64,000 nt of DNA from Maricaulis sp. (GTDB taxonomy: Bacteria; Pseudomonadota; Alphaproteobacteria; Caulobacterales; Maricaulaceae). A program made the position numbers and the translations under genes. Shown here piece after piece: positions 9,453-18,831 of the stretch. Within the stretch, counting starts at the first letter, position 1. Every line of letters begins with the position of its first letter. The notes beneath the pieces are model-generated. The model had not been told where the DNA came from. It saw nothing but the letters and a program-made list of their open reading frames with translations, and did not search any database. Location: positions 80,544 to 144,543 of the forward strand of contig NZ_JBLWTL010000001.1 in NCBI RefSeq assembly GCF_048270095.1, written 5' to 3'.

Positions 9453-11293
9453 TTGACGCTCCTGCGGCGGCGGGTCAGCGCCCCGGCGAGTCCGAGCAGG
9501 ACCACCAGGGCCGGCGGCACGCCAATCGTCCAGAATTGCAGACTGGAATTGAGGCCATCGATATCATGGCGGAACTCGCGCTCAACCTCGCGCAAATGCG
9601 CCCTGGTGCCGAGGATTTGCTGGCGCAGCGCCATCGCCTCGTCACGACCGGCCCGGGCACCCGGATCGGCCAGACCCGAGGCCTGGCCGGAACCGAGCAA
9701 TTCCTGCAGACGGGTCTCGGCCGCCTCAATCTCCGCCTCGAGCCTGTCCTGGATCTCGACATAGCGCGTTTCTGCCTGGGCCCGCAGGGCATCAACCCGC
9801 GTCATGGGCCGGGCCGAGGGTGCGCGCGACCGTAGCCCGACCAGGGCCGGGTCACCGGCGGCCATATCCACCAGATTCATCGCCAGGGCGAGATTGTCAG
9901 CGACAATCATATTGCCAGCCGCCGGGTCGCTGCGCAGGTAGAAGCTGTCATCGAGCCAGTCGACATCGGCCACGATTGTCAAATCCAGCGCCGTTGCGGA
10001 GCGGTTGAGATGATTGGAGGGATTGAACATGGTGTCAGCGGCAGGCGGACCGTCGGGAAAGGCCGAGCCGGCATCTCCGCGCAGCCTTGCCCCGAGCACC
10101 ACCGGCTCATGGCCAGGCTGATAGTCACGCAGCAAATCATCCGGCCCGGGAGCACTCGCGGCGATGTCGGCATCGACCAGGGCGCCATCCGGGCTCGTTG
10201 TCAGAAGGGCTGTCACCTCAAACCCGCTATCGGGCAGAAATACCAGGGCGCCAGGCGATCCGAAATTAATCCCGCGATCGAGCGTGGCGGTCGCCAGGTC
10301 CTCGCCATTGATCTGGGCGCTGCCTATGGAGAACCAGAGCGGATAGGCGCGGCGGCGGGCACGGCCATCGGTATCGATAATCTCGACCGGCAGGCCAAGC
10401 GTACGGTCCATCGCCACGGTTTCGCTGTCCCAGGCAATACCCCAATTGGCGAGTAGCATGGGTAGATCCGAGGCCCGTTGCGCATCAACCGGCGGCAGAC
10501 CGTCAAGACCCGGTCGCAGGGCCATATGGGCCATGGGATCGATGAACAGGAGCACACGTCCGCGATGCAGGGCGAACTGGTCGATCAGGTAGAGCTGGCC
10601 CTCATCGAGCCGGCCAGGATGGATGATCATCAGCGCGGCGGCATCCGGGATGGCGTCAAAATCGCGCTCAAGCCAATGCAGATCATAGGCGCCATTGAGA
10701 TCAGCGATGAAACGGTTGGGGGCCCCGCTGGACGGGTCGAGCGGCAAGCCGGTCAGGATCGCCAGGCTGGGGCGCTCGGGCCGGTCGACATCGGAGATGA
10801 GCCGCGTCAGATCATATTCCAGACGGGCTTCATCGGCCTGGTCGAACAGGTCAATCACCGCCTGGTCATCAACCGAATTGCGGGCGACCAGGCCGAAGAA
10901 TATCTGCTCACCCGTATCGGTCGGCAAGGCGGCAAGCCCCGCTGCCAGCGCTTCATCCTCGGCCTGGGAGAAAGGTGCCGGGTCAATCTCGATCAGGCGG
11001 ATACGGCCGCCGGATTGCTTTTCATAGGCACGCAGCAATTCGCGCACCCGTGTCGCATAGCTACGGATGGCGGGATATTGCGCCGCTTCGGCGCGGGAAT
11101 GATAGAAGCGCCATTCGACCGGCTCATTGAGTCGGTCAATCACGGCCAGTGTGCCTGGCGAGAGCCGGTAAAGGCCATTCTGCGTCAGGTCGACCCGCAC
11201 GCCGGACAAGGTCTGACCGGACAGGAATGTCCCGGCCAGGAAGATCACCACGATGCTCGTCAGCATCAGCGGTAGATAGAGCGCCTTTTTCAT
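9449..11293 (-). CDS. GldG-family ABC transporter auxiliary component
   Basis: RVDLTQNGLYRLSPGT, EYDLTRLI, ID.F...GRVLLFIDP; N- and C-terminal TM segments; coiled coil. Confidence 0.88.
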   Translation of the reverse strand: MKKALYLPLMLTSIVVIFLAGTFLSGQTLSGVRVDLTQNGLYRLSPGTLAVIDRLNEPVEWRFYHSRAEAAQYPAIRSYATRVRELLRAYEKQSGGRIRLIEIDPAPFSQAEDEALAAGLAALPTDTGEQIFFGLVARNSVDDQAVIDLFDQADEARLEYDLTRLISDVDRPERPSLAILTGLPLDPSSGAPNRFIADLNGAYDLHWLERDFDAIPDAAALMIIHPGRLDEGQLYLIDQFALHRGRVLLFIDPMAHMALRPGLDGLPPVDAQRASDLPMLLANWGIAWDSETVAMDRTLGLPVEIIDTDGRARRRAYPLWFSIGSAQINGEDLATATLDRGINFGSPGALVFLPDSGFEVTALLTTSPDGALVDADIAASAPGPDDLLRDYQPGHEPVVLGARLRGDAGSAFPDGPPAADTMFNPSNHLNRSATALDLTIVADVDWLDDSFYLRSDPAAGNMIVADNLALAMNLVDMAAGDPALVGLRSRAPSARPMTRVDALRAQAETRYVEIQDRLEAEIEAAETRLQELLGSGQASGLADPGARAGRDEAMALRQQILGTRAHLREVEREFRHDIDGLNSSLQFWTIGVPPALVVLLGLAGALTRRRRSVK

Positions 11294-12033
11294 CGCCCAC
11301 CCCCACGCTGCTCGGCAATCATCACGCCGGCCGCCGCCAGCGAAGCGAGGATCAGGCCGGCGAAATAGAGCAGATCAGTCAGGTCAATCACGCCGTTGCG
11401 AAACGCATCATAATGTTCAAGCGCGCTGAGCCCGGCGATGAATTCCGACAGGGCGGCCGGTGCATTCTCGCCCAGAACCGACAAGACCAGCGGCAGGCCC
11501 GCCATGGTCAGGAGGAAACAGGCGCCTGCACCGAGAACGAAGGCGACGACCTGGTTGGCCGTCGTCGCCGACAGGGCCTGGCCAATCGCCAGATACCCGC
11601 CAGCCAGCAGAAGCGCGCCGAGATAGGCGGTCGCGATGGCCATATTGTCAGGCTCGCCGAGATAGTTGACGGCGATCCACATCGGTGCGGTCAGTGCGAT
11701 GGCCGCGGCGGCTACCGTCCAGGCGGCGAGAAACTTGCCACCGGTCGAGGCCCAGAGCGGAATCGGCAGCGCCATCAGGAATTCCAGCGTCCCGCGATCC
11801 CGCTCCTCGGCCCAGGCGCGCATCGCCAATGCCGGCATCAGGATGACCAGAAGCCAGGGCAAATGGTCGAACAGCGGCGCAAGATCGGCGCGGTTGGTGT
11901 CGAAGAAGCGGCCGATATGAAAGGCGAAGGCCGGCGCCGCGAACGCAAATACGGCCAGGAAGACATAGGCCAGCGGGGTCTGGAAATACGCCGTCAGTTC
12001 GCGGCGGTAAACGGCAATCAGCGATCCCATCAC
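11290..12033 (-). CDS. ABC-2 type permease, GldF-like
   Basis: RRELTAYFQTPLAYVFL, PALAMRAWAEERDRGTLE, GKFLA, GVIDLTDLLYF. Confidence 0.9.
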   Translation of the reverse strand: MMGSLIAVYRRELTAYFQTPLAYVFLAVFAFAAPAFAFHIGRFFDTNRADLAPLFDHLPWLLVILMPALAMRAWAEERDRGTLEFLMALPIPLWASTGGKFLAAWTVAAAAIALTAPMWIAVNYLGEPDNMAIATAYLGALLLAGGYLAIGQALSATTANQVVAFVLGAGACFLLTMAGLPLVLSVLGENAPAALSEFIAGLSALEHYDAFRNGVIDLTDLLYFAGLILASLAAAGVMIAEQRGGGR

Positions 12034-12767
12034 ACAGCCTCCATGGTCGCGCGCGGACCGATGGTCAGATGGCGGAACGCGGCTTCGATCGTTGCGTGGG
12101 ATGTCACTGCTTCAAGCGCATGAGGCGTACCGTCGAACAGGAGACGGCCCTGGGCAATGATGATGGCGCGGCTGCAGACAGCAGGCACTTCGTCGAGAAT
12201 ATGGGTCGAGATGATGATCGCCTTTTCCGGCGCCATTTCGCGGATCAGTTCGCGCACGCCGTCTTTCTGATTGGGGTCGAGGCCATCGGTCGGCTCGTCG
12301 AGAATCAGCACGGCCGGATCATGGGCAATCGCGGCCGCGAGGGCGGCACGGCGCTTATAGCCCTTGGACAATGTGCCGATCGGCTGCGAGGCCGCGACGC
12401 CAAGCCTCGCGCGATCCAGCGCCAGATCAGTCGCCCGCTTCAATGCATCGCCTGAGAAACCACGCACTTGCAGGCCGAAGGCGACAAAGGCGCGCGGCGT
12501 CATCGCCGGATAGGCTGGCGCGCCCTCGGGCAAATAACCGAGACGCGATTGCGCTTCAATCCGGTCCTGTACGCAATCATGGCCGGCAATGCGCGCGCTG
12601 CCGGAATCGGGCTCGAGACAGCCGGCGAGCATGCGCATGGTCGTGGTCTTGCCGGCACCATTGGGGCCGAGAAAACCGAGGACTTCACCGCGCTCGAGCG
12701 TGAAGCTCACATCGTCGACGGCCCGCAGGCCTCCGAATTCTTTCACCAAATGGTCGGCAACCAGCAT
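12030..12767 (-). CDS. ABC transporter ATP-binding protein, GldA-like
   Basis: GPNGAGKTT, LSKGYKRR, LILDEPTDGLDP, IISTH. Confidence 0.93.
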   Translation of the reverse strand: MLVADHLVKEFGGLRAVDDVSFTLERGEVLGFLGPNGAGKTTTMRMLAGCLEPDSGSARIAGHDCVQDRIEAQSRLGYLPEGAPAYPAMTPRAFVAFGLQVRGFSGDALKRATDLALDRARLGVAASQPIGTLSKGYKRRAALAAAIAHDPAVLILDEPTDGLDPNQKDGVRELIREMAPEKAIIISTHILDEVPAVCSRAIIIAQGRLLFDGTPHALEAVTSHATIEAAFRHLTIGPRATMEAV

Positions 12768-13075
12768 GGGAAGGGCTCACGTATTGCAGACCCTAGCGTT
12801 AGCGCGGTGCAAGCCACTTGGCCAGCGCGAAGGCCGGTCACAAAGATACAAATTCGGGGAAGCGTGTCGACCGGCGCGCTGCTCTTGATCCGGGGGGCTG
12901 GGGGGGCTGTTTAAAACCAGGACCCAGAGCTCGTGTGCGGCCGATCGACCCGATGACCGTGGCGGTGCGGTAGGGCGCGAACGGGCCGAAAATATGGCAG
13001 CTTTGCGGCACTGGGTGAAATGTTTGTAAGCTGGCACCCCCGACTCGCCCTTGATTCAACCGACAGGAGAAAATA

Positions 13076-13411
13076 GTGGCGGCAGGCCCTCAAATCGCGA
13101 AACGCGCGCCCGCCCCGGTGATGTGGAACCGGCGCGAACTCTCGGAGATCCTCAACGTCTATGGCCGCTATGTCGCCATGGGCGAGTGGAAGGATTACGC
13201 GATTGATGGCCTGGCGGCCAACGCCGTGTTCTCGATCTTCCGCCGGGCCAGCGAAGTGCCGATGTTTGCCATCATCAAAACCCCCGCCGACGCCCAGCGC
13301 CAGGGCATGTACAAAGTCGTGGCGGTTGACGGTCAGGTCCTCAAACGCGGTCATGAACTGCCCCAGGTCCTGCGGGTCTTCGACAAGAAACGCTTCTCGG
13401 TCGTGGACTGA
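13076..13411 (+). CDS. DUF2794 domain protein
   Basis: RRELSEILNVYGRYVAMGEWKDYAID...LKRGHEL.QVLRVFD; AGGAG RBS before the GTG start. Confidence 0.85.
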   Translation: MAAGPQIAKRAPAPVMWNRRELSEILNVYGRYVAMGEWKDYAIDGLAANAVFSIFRRASEVPMFAIIKTPADAQRQGMYKVVAVDGQVLKRGHELPQVLRVFDKKRFSVVD

Positions 13412-13427
13412 TCACCGGGTGCCGGAC

Positions 13428-13461
13428 AAAGAAAAACCCCCGAAGCCAGGCTCCGGGGGTT
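13428..13461 (-). terminator. Intrinsic terminator for the yccA-like gene (between convergent genes)
   Basis: On the minus strand AACCCCCG...CGGGGGTT is followed by TTTCTTT. Confidence 0.7.
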
Positions 13462-13484
13462 CGGTCTTGCAAATCCGCCCGCGA

Positions 13485-14234
13485 TCAGTTGCGATTGCCC
13501 ATGAAGCGCAGCAGAAAGAGGAACATGTTGATGAAGTCGAGATAGAGCGAAAGCGCTCCGTGGACCTTCATCTTGGCCGCCAGTTCCGGCGTGCCGCCAT
13601 ATTCGTAATAGCTGATCTTCAGGCGCTGGGTGTCATAGGCGGTCAGGCCGGCAAAGATCAGGACGCCAACGGCCGAGATCACGAATTCCATGGCGCTCGA
13701 GGCGAGGAATATATTGACGATCGAAGCCAGGATGAGCCCGAACAGCCCCATCATCAGGAAGGAACCCATCCCGGTCAGATTACGCTTGGTGGTGTAGCCA
13801 TAAAGGCTCAACGCGCCAAACGCCGCCGCCGTGACGAAGAATGTGTTGGCGATCGAACCGGCCGTATAGACCGCGATGATCGAGGACAGTGAAATACCCA
13901 TTACGCCGGCAAAGACATAGAACAGCGTCCGCGCCATGCCCGAGCTAAGCTTGTTCAGCCGGAATGAAATCAGCATCACCATGCCCAGCGGCGCGAGCAT
14001 CACGACCCATTTCAGCGGGGTATTGAAGACCGTGGCGCCCAGCGGCGTCACACCGAAACTTTCAGTGCCGATGCCGACAAAGAAAAGCTGGGCTGACAGG
14101 ATCGCGGCGCCCGCTGTCACCAGCAGGCCGATTGTCATCAGATTGTAGATGCCAAGCATATAGCTGCGCAGACCGGCATCGATGGACATGTCCATCGGTG
14201 GCGCGCCGGCATGGGTGCGGGAGAAATCATTCAT
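13485..14234 (-). CDS. Bax inhibitor-1/YccA family membrane protein
   Basis: DAGLRSYMLGIYN.M, YGYTTKRNLTGMGSFL, LTAYDTQRLK, GALSLYLDFINMFL. Confidence 0.93.
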   Translation of the reverse strand: MNDFSRTHAGAPPMDMSIDAGLRSYMLGIYNLMTIGLLVTAGAAILSAQLFFVGIGTESFGVTPLGATVFNTPLKWVVMLAPLGMVMLISFRLNKLSSGMARTLFYVFAGVMGISLSSIIAVYTAGSIANTFFVTAAAFGALSLYGYTTKRNLTGMGSFLMMGLFGLILASIVNIFLASSAMEFVISAVGVLIFAGLTAYDTQRLKISYYEYGGTPELAAKMKVHGALSLYLDFINMFLFLLRFMGNRN

Positions 14235-14284
14235 CGTTTCGGTCTCTCATTCCTGTTTCCGCCCGATCAGGCGATTTGCAGACA

Positions 14285-14313
14285 ATATCGGGCCGCCGCG
14301 GCACGATTGCAAG
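14285..14313 (-). promoter_or_regulatory. Sigma32/sigma70-type promoter for the yccA-like gene
   Basis: Minus strand CTTGCA-N16-CCGATAT resembles the alphaproteobacterial CTTGAA-N15/16-CCTATAT. The sigma factor is ambiguous. Confidence 0.4.
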
Positions 14314-14351
14314 CCGGGACTGGAAGGCTTCGCATCCCCCCTCTTGGCATT

Positions 14352-16883
14352 TCAGCTCTGGGTCGAGTTGAGCGCCCTGGCCGCCGGTACCGAGAGCGCG
14401 GCCCGTGCAACGAGGGCGCCGCCAGCCGCCGCCGACAGGATGGCCACCGCGCTCACCGCCGCAACCGCCATCCAGTCCGGCGCCCACACCGCCTCGACCA
14501 GCCGGGTCATCACATACCAGGCTGGCGGGATCGCCAGCAGCAGAGCCAGCACGGTCGCCATCACGCCGACCAGCCCGAATTCCAGCGCGAAGATCGCCAA
14601 AACCCCGGCCGGCGTCACCCCAAGGGTCTTGAGCAGGGCCGCATCGGTAACGCGCCGCCGCGCCGCCGCGGCAAAGGCGCCCAGCATCACCAGAGCCCCC
14701 GCCAGTGCCACAACACCAGCGACCGCATTGATCGCCACCGTTGTCTGCGCGAACACCCCGGCGGCGGCCTGCAGGCGCTCGCGAACGCGATAGATCACGG
14801 TATCCGGGAAGGCCGCGCCAACCGCCCGGGCGATCGCGTCCTCGAATTCCGGTTGCGCCCGCAACAGAACCGTCTGGGTCGGATTGGCGGCTTCCAGCGT
14901 CCCCGGCGCGAAAATTATGGCGACATTGACCCCGAAACCACCCCAGTCGATCGTTCGAAGGCTGGCAATCCCGGCTGTGATTTCACGCCCCAGGATCCGG
15001 AAGGTCACACTGTCACCCACACCGACACCGAGCCCGCGCGCCGCATCCCCCTCGATCGAGATCAGCGGCGGTCCGGCATAATCCTCCGGCCACCATTCGC
15101 CGGCTTCAAGCACGGCCTCCGGCGGCATTCGGGCCAGATAGGTCAGGCGTGTTTCGCCATCGACCAGCCAGCGTTCTGACGGCGCAACGGTCTCGAGGTC
15201 CAGCGGTTCGCCCCGGAGCCCGGTGATCCGGCCCAGCAGGGCCGGTGCCCGGCGGTAGCGCGTCGTGTCGGTGATCTGGGCGCCGGCCTCAGCCGCGATC
15301 TGATCGAATTCATCGCCGCGATCAGACGCTATCTGGGCGATGACCAGGCTGGGCAGATTGGCGGGGGCGGTATCGCGGATCTGGGTTACCAGATTGTGCT
15401 GCACCAGCGTCACCACGGCGAGCAAGGCCAGACCAAGCCCCAGCGCCGGCGCCGCGACCGGTGCCACCGAGCCGGGACCGCCCAGCTGGGTCAGGGCCAG
15501 ACGCAAGCCACCACGGGCCCGGTGCGCCAGCCCGGCGGCCAGCCGCCGCAGACCGAAGGCCGCGCCCCAGAGCAAGACGAAAACGACGACGGCAAAGCCC
15601 AGCATAACGCCGGCCACCATGGGAGACGGGCTGAACAGCACCGCCAACGCCACGAAGACCATCCCGGTCAGCATGGCGGCAATCCGCTCGCTCCATGGCG
15701 TCGCACTCTGCCCTCGCACCTCGCCGCCCAGCAGGGCTGCCGGCGGTGTCGCCCGGGCCCGTCCGACCGCCGGCAAGGCGAAGGCCAGCGCCGAGAGCAT
15801 GCCGAACAGCACAGCCAGCCCCAGCGGACCGGGATAAATCCCCGCCTGGACCGGAATCGGCAAGGCATCGCCGAACGCCCGGACCAGGGCCATCGGTGCC
15901 AGTGCCCCCAGCGCGGCGCCGAGCAGCGAGCCGGCCAGCGCCAGAGCCAGAATTTGCAACAGATAGGCCAGCCGGATGGTGGCCCCGTCAGCACCCAGCG
16001 CCTTGAGCGCGGCTATCGACCCGGTTCGCGTCGACAAAAAGGTGGAGACGGCCTGCGCCACCCCCAGCCCGCCCGCCAGCAAGGCGGCCAGACCGGCCAC
16101 GGCCAGGAAAACACTGAGATTGTCGAGCAGATCGTCGAACTGGTCGCCGAGATCATCACGCGTGGTGATGTCGATGCCGTGCTCGCGCAAGCGCGGCGCC
16201 CACTGCGCCTCGAGCGCTTCCAGGTCGGCATTGTCATTATCGAGCCGCACCCGCAATCCCGAGCGATAGATCGAGCCGTCACGCATCAGGCCCGCACCCT
16301 CGACAACGTCCAGCGCGACCAGAAGGCGCGGCGCGAAATCGAAACCGAGATCGAGCCGGTCGGGCTCGCTCACCAGTTCGGCACGCAATTCAAAAACCTC
16401 GCCGGCCAGTTCAATCCGGTCACCGATCCGGGCATTGAAGACCCGGAAAATGTCGGGATCGGCAGCAGCGCCCGCAATCCCGTCCTGCGGGGCCAGAAGG
16501 TCATGGAGCGACCGATCAGGCAGGGTCACGACTGTGCCGAGCAACGGATAGGCCGGATCGACGCCCCGCAGCCGGACCAGCCGGCGGATATCGTGGACAC
16601 TGGCCATGACATTGATGTCCGCGATTTGCGAAACCTGCCCGGCCAAGCCCATCTCCGCCACCAGATCATCCGGCAAGCCGGCACGCTGAACAGAGAAGGA
16701 CAGATCGCCTCCGAGGATCCGGCTCAGCTCACCGGCAACGCCGTGGCGGAACATCGCGCTCGCCGACCCGGCCGCCGCAATCGCGGCGACGCCAAGCGTC
16801 AGGCAGGCGAGGAAAACCAGGAAACCACGTGTACCAGCGCGCAATTCCCGTCCGGCGATGCGCAGGGCCAGACCCGCATTCAT
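14352..16883 (-). CDS. YbbP-like (FtsX family) ABC permease
   Basis: RELRAGTRGFLVFLACLTLGVAAIAA, LGGDL, duplicated FtsX-type halves; next to a YbbA-like ATPase. Confidence 0.9.
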   Translation of the reverse strand: MNAGLALRIAGRELRAGTRGFLVFLACLTLGVAAIAAAGSASAMFRHGVAGELSRILGGDLSFSVQRAGLPDDLVAEMGLAGQVSQIADINVMASVHDIRRLVRLRGVDPAYPLLGTVVTLPDRSLHDLLAPQDGIAGAAADPDIFRVFNARIGDRIELAGEVFELRAELVSEPDRLDLGFDFAPRLLVALDVVEGAGLMRDGSIYRSGLRVRLDNDNADLEALEAQWAPRLREHGIDITTRDDLGDQFDDLLDNLSVFLAVAGLAALLAGGLGVAQAVSTFLSTRTGSIAALKALGADGATIRLAYLLQILALALAGSLLGAALGALAPMALVRAFGDALPIPVQAGIYPGPLGLAVLFGMLSALAFALPAVGRARATPPAALLGGEVRGQSATPWSERIAAMLTGMVFVALAVLFSPSPMVAGVMLGFAVVVFVLLWGAAFGLRRLAAGLAHRARGGLRLALTQLGGPGSVAPVAAPALGLGLALLAVVTLVQHNLVTQIRDTAPANLPSLVIAQIASDRGDEFDQIAAEAGAQITDTTRYRRAPALLGRITGLRGEPLDLETVAPSERWLVDGETRLTYLARMPPEAVLEAGEWWPEDYAGPPLISIEGDAARGLGVGVGDSVTFRILGREITAGIASLRTIDWGGFGVNVAIIFAPGTLEAANPTQTVLLRAQPEFEDAIARAVGAAFPDTVIYRVRERLQAAAGVFAQTTVAINAVAGVVALAGALVMLGAFAAAARRRVTDAALLKTLGVTPAGVLAIFALEFGLVGVMATVLALLLAIPPAWYVMTRLVEAVWAPDWMAVAAVSAVAILSAAAGGALVARAALSVPAARALNSTQS

Positions 16884-17563
16884 GACTGGATCGCCCCGTC
16901 ACGCATTTCAATAATGCGGCCGGCCCGGTTGGCGAGGTCACGATCATGGGTGACAAGGACCAGCGCCGCACCGTGCTGACGCGCGGCCTCGAACAGGAAA
17001 TCGGCAATCATCCCGCCCGCGGCCGTATCGAGATTGCCGGTGGGCTCGTCAGCGAAAATGATCTCCGGTCCCACGGCCAGCGCCCGCGCCACCGCGACGC
17101 GCTGTTTCTCGCCGCCGGAAAGCTGGCCGGGATAATGCGTCAACCGGTGCTCCAGCCCGACCTGGGACAGGGCTTCGGTGGCGCGCTCACGCACCCGGTC
17201 CTGTCGCGCGATCTCGAGCGGCGCCATGACATTCTCCAGCGCCGTCATGGTCGGCATCAGATGGAAGGACTGGAACACAAAACCGACACGGCCGCGGCGC
17301 AAGCGGGCCAGCTCGCCCTCATTGCGGCCGGTCACAGGCTCGCCGAGCAGGGTGATCTCACCGGATGTGGTCCGTTCCAGCCCGGCGGAAACCGCCATCA
17401 GGGAAGATTTTCCCGATCCCGACGGGCCGATGATCGCCACGCTCTCGCCAGCCCGCACGTCGAGACTGACATGATCGAGAATATGGATCGGCCCCGATGC
17501 GGCCATCAGCGTCAGTTCGACATCGCGTAGCGACAGGACGGGAGGCAAGCTGGTATCTGTCAT
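16880..17563 (-). CDS. YbbA-like ABC ATP-binding protein
   Basis: [32 protein letters not shown]; divergent from tesA as in E. coli. Confidence 0.92.
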   Translation of the reverse strand: MTDTSLPPVLSLRDVELTLMAASGPIHILDHVSLDVRAGESVAIIGPSGSGKSSLMAVSAGLERTTSGEITLLGEPVTGRNEGELARLRRGRVGFVFQSFHLMPTMTALENVMAPLEIARQDRVRERATEALSQVGLEHRLTHYPGQLSGGEKQRVAVARALAVGPEIIFADEPTGNLDTAAGGMIADFLFEAARQHGAALVLVTHDRDLANRAGRIIEMRDGAIQS

Positions 17564-17585
17564 TAGGGATCCGGGATTTGCGTTG

Positions 17586-17602
17586 ATATCGAATTTCGAT
17601 AT
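17586..17602. promoter_or_regulatory. Perfect AT-rich palindrome in the ybbA/tesA divergent promoter region
   Basis: ATATCGAA-T-TTCGATAT. Confidence 0.55.
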
Positions 17603-17631
17603 ATGTCATAGAATGTCGTTCGGCAAAGGCC

Positions 17632-18294
17632 TTGTTTAAGATGCGTCACATGCTTCACCTTGTCGTGATCGGCCTGCTTGCCCTCACCGCGCCGGGCTTC
17701 GCAGCGGCGGACGAGCCGGCCTACCGGCTGGTCGTGCTCGGGGACAGTCTGAGCGCCGGCTTCGGGCTGAATGACAGCGAGGCCTTGCCGGCCCGCCTCG
17801 ATGAGGCCCTCGCGGCGCGGGGTCTCGACCAGGTTGTCGTGGTCAATGCCGGCGTCTCAGGCGATACGACGGCGGGCGGTCTGGCCCGGTTTGATTTCTC
17901 GGTGGATCCCGAGGCCGACGGCGTCCTCATTGCGCTTGGGGCCAATGATGCCCTTCAGGGCCAGCCACCGGCACAGGCACGGGCCAATCTGGCGGCGATG
18001 ATCGATCGGGCGCGGGCCCGCGATCTCGACATCATCCTCGCGGGCATGCGCGCCCCGGTCAATATGGGCGTGGAATACCGCGAGCAATTCGATGCGATCT
18101 ATCCCGACCTTGCGCAGGCCGAAGATATCGCGCTCTACCCTTTCCTTCTGGCGCCCGTCGTGCTGCACCCTGAATTCCTGCAGCGCGACGGGCTGCACCC
18201 GACGGCCGAGGGCGTTGACCGGATGGCCGCTCCGCTGGCGGACTTCATCGCCACGGCGCTGTTCGGCCTGCCCCGGCGAGAGGCGGCACCATGA
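17632..18294 (+). CDS. tesA: Arylesterase/TesA-type SGNH (GDSL) hydrolase with signal peptide
   Basis: LGDSLSAG, VNAGVSGDTTAGG, LGANDAL, QRDGLHP. Confidence 0.9.
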   Translation: MFKMRHMLHLVVIGLLALTAPGFAAADEPAYRLVVLGDSLSAGFGLNDSEALPARLDEALAARGLDQVVVVNAGVSGDTTAGGLARFDFSVDPEADGVLIALGANDALQGQPPAQARANLAAMIDRARARDLDIILAGMRAPVNMGVEYREQFDAIYPDLAQAEDIALYPFLLAPVVLHPEFLQRDGLHPTAEGVDRMAAPLADFIATALFGLPRREAAP

Positions 18295-18830
18295 GTCAGC
18301 GCCTGTTTGCCGCGATCGGACTGCCGGACAGTGTGTGCGATCCGCTTCTGGCACTGCAAGCAGGCCTGCCCGGCGCCAGCTGGCGGCCGCGTGAAAATCT
18401 GCATCTGACGCTGCGCTTTTTCGGCGATATTGATGAGCGCAAGGCTGAAGATCTCGAGTTCGAGCTGGGGAAGATCACGGCACCGGCCTTTGATCTCACG
18501 CTCAAGGGGGCCGGCTGGTTCGGCCGGCTGGATCCCCATGCGCTGTGGATTGGCGCCGAGCCGGACCCGGCACTGCTGGCCCTGCAAGCCAAATGCGAAC
18601 GCGCGGCCCGACGCGCCGGGATCGCCGCGGAGACACGCAATTTCGTGCCCCACATCACCCTGGCCTATCTCAGGAAAACGCCGGTGGACGCACTGGCAGG
18701 CTTCACGCAGGCGCTCGGCACTTTCCGGTGCGATCCGGTGCGGATCTCACATTTCAGCCTCTATGCCAGCTGGTTAAGCCGCGGCGACGCCAATATCTAT
18801 CAACCGGTCACCCGCTATCCACTGAGCTAG
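18291..18830 (+). CDS. thpR: RNA 2',3'-cyclic phosphodiesterase (2H family)
   Basis: RLFAAI; two HxT motifs (HLTLRF, PHITLA); ATGA overlap with tesA. Confidence 0.92.
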   Translation: MSQRLFAAIGLPDSVCDPLLALQAGLPGASWRPRENLHLTLRFFGDIDERKAEDLEFELGKITAPAFDLTLKGAGWFGRLDPHALWIGAEPDPALLALQAKCERAARRAGIAAETRNFVPHITLAYLRKTPVDALAGFTQALGTFRCDPVRISHFSLYASWLSRGDANIYQPVTRYPLS

Positions 18831-18831
18831 A

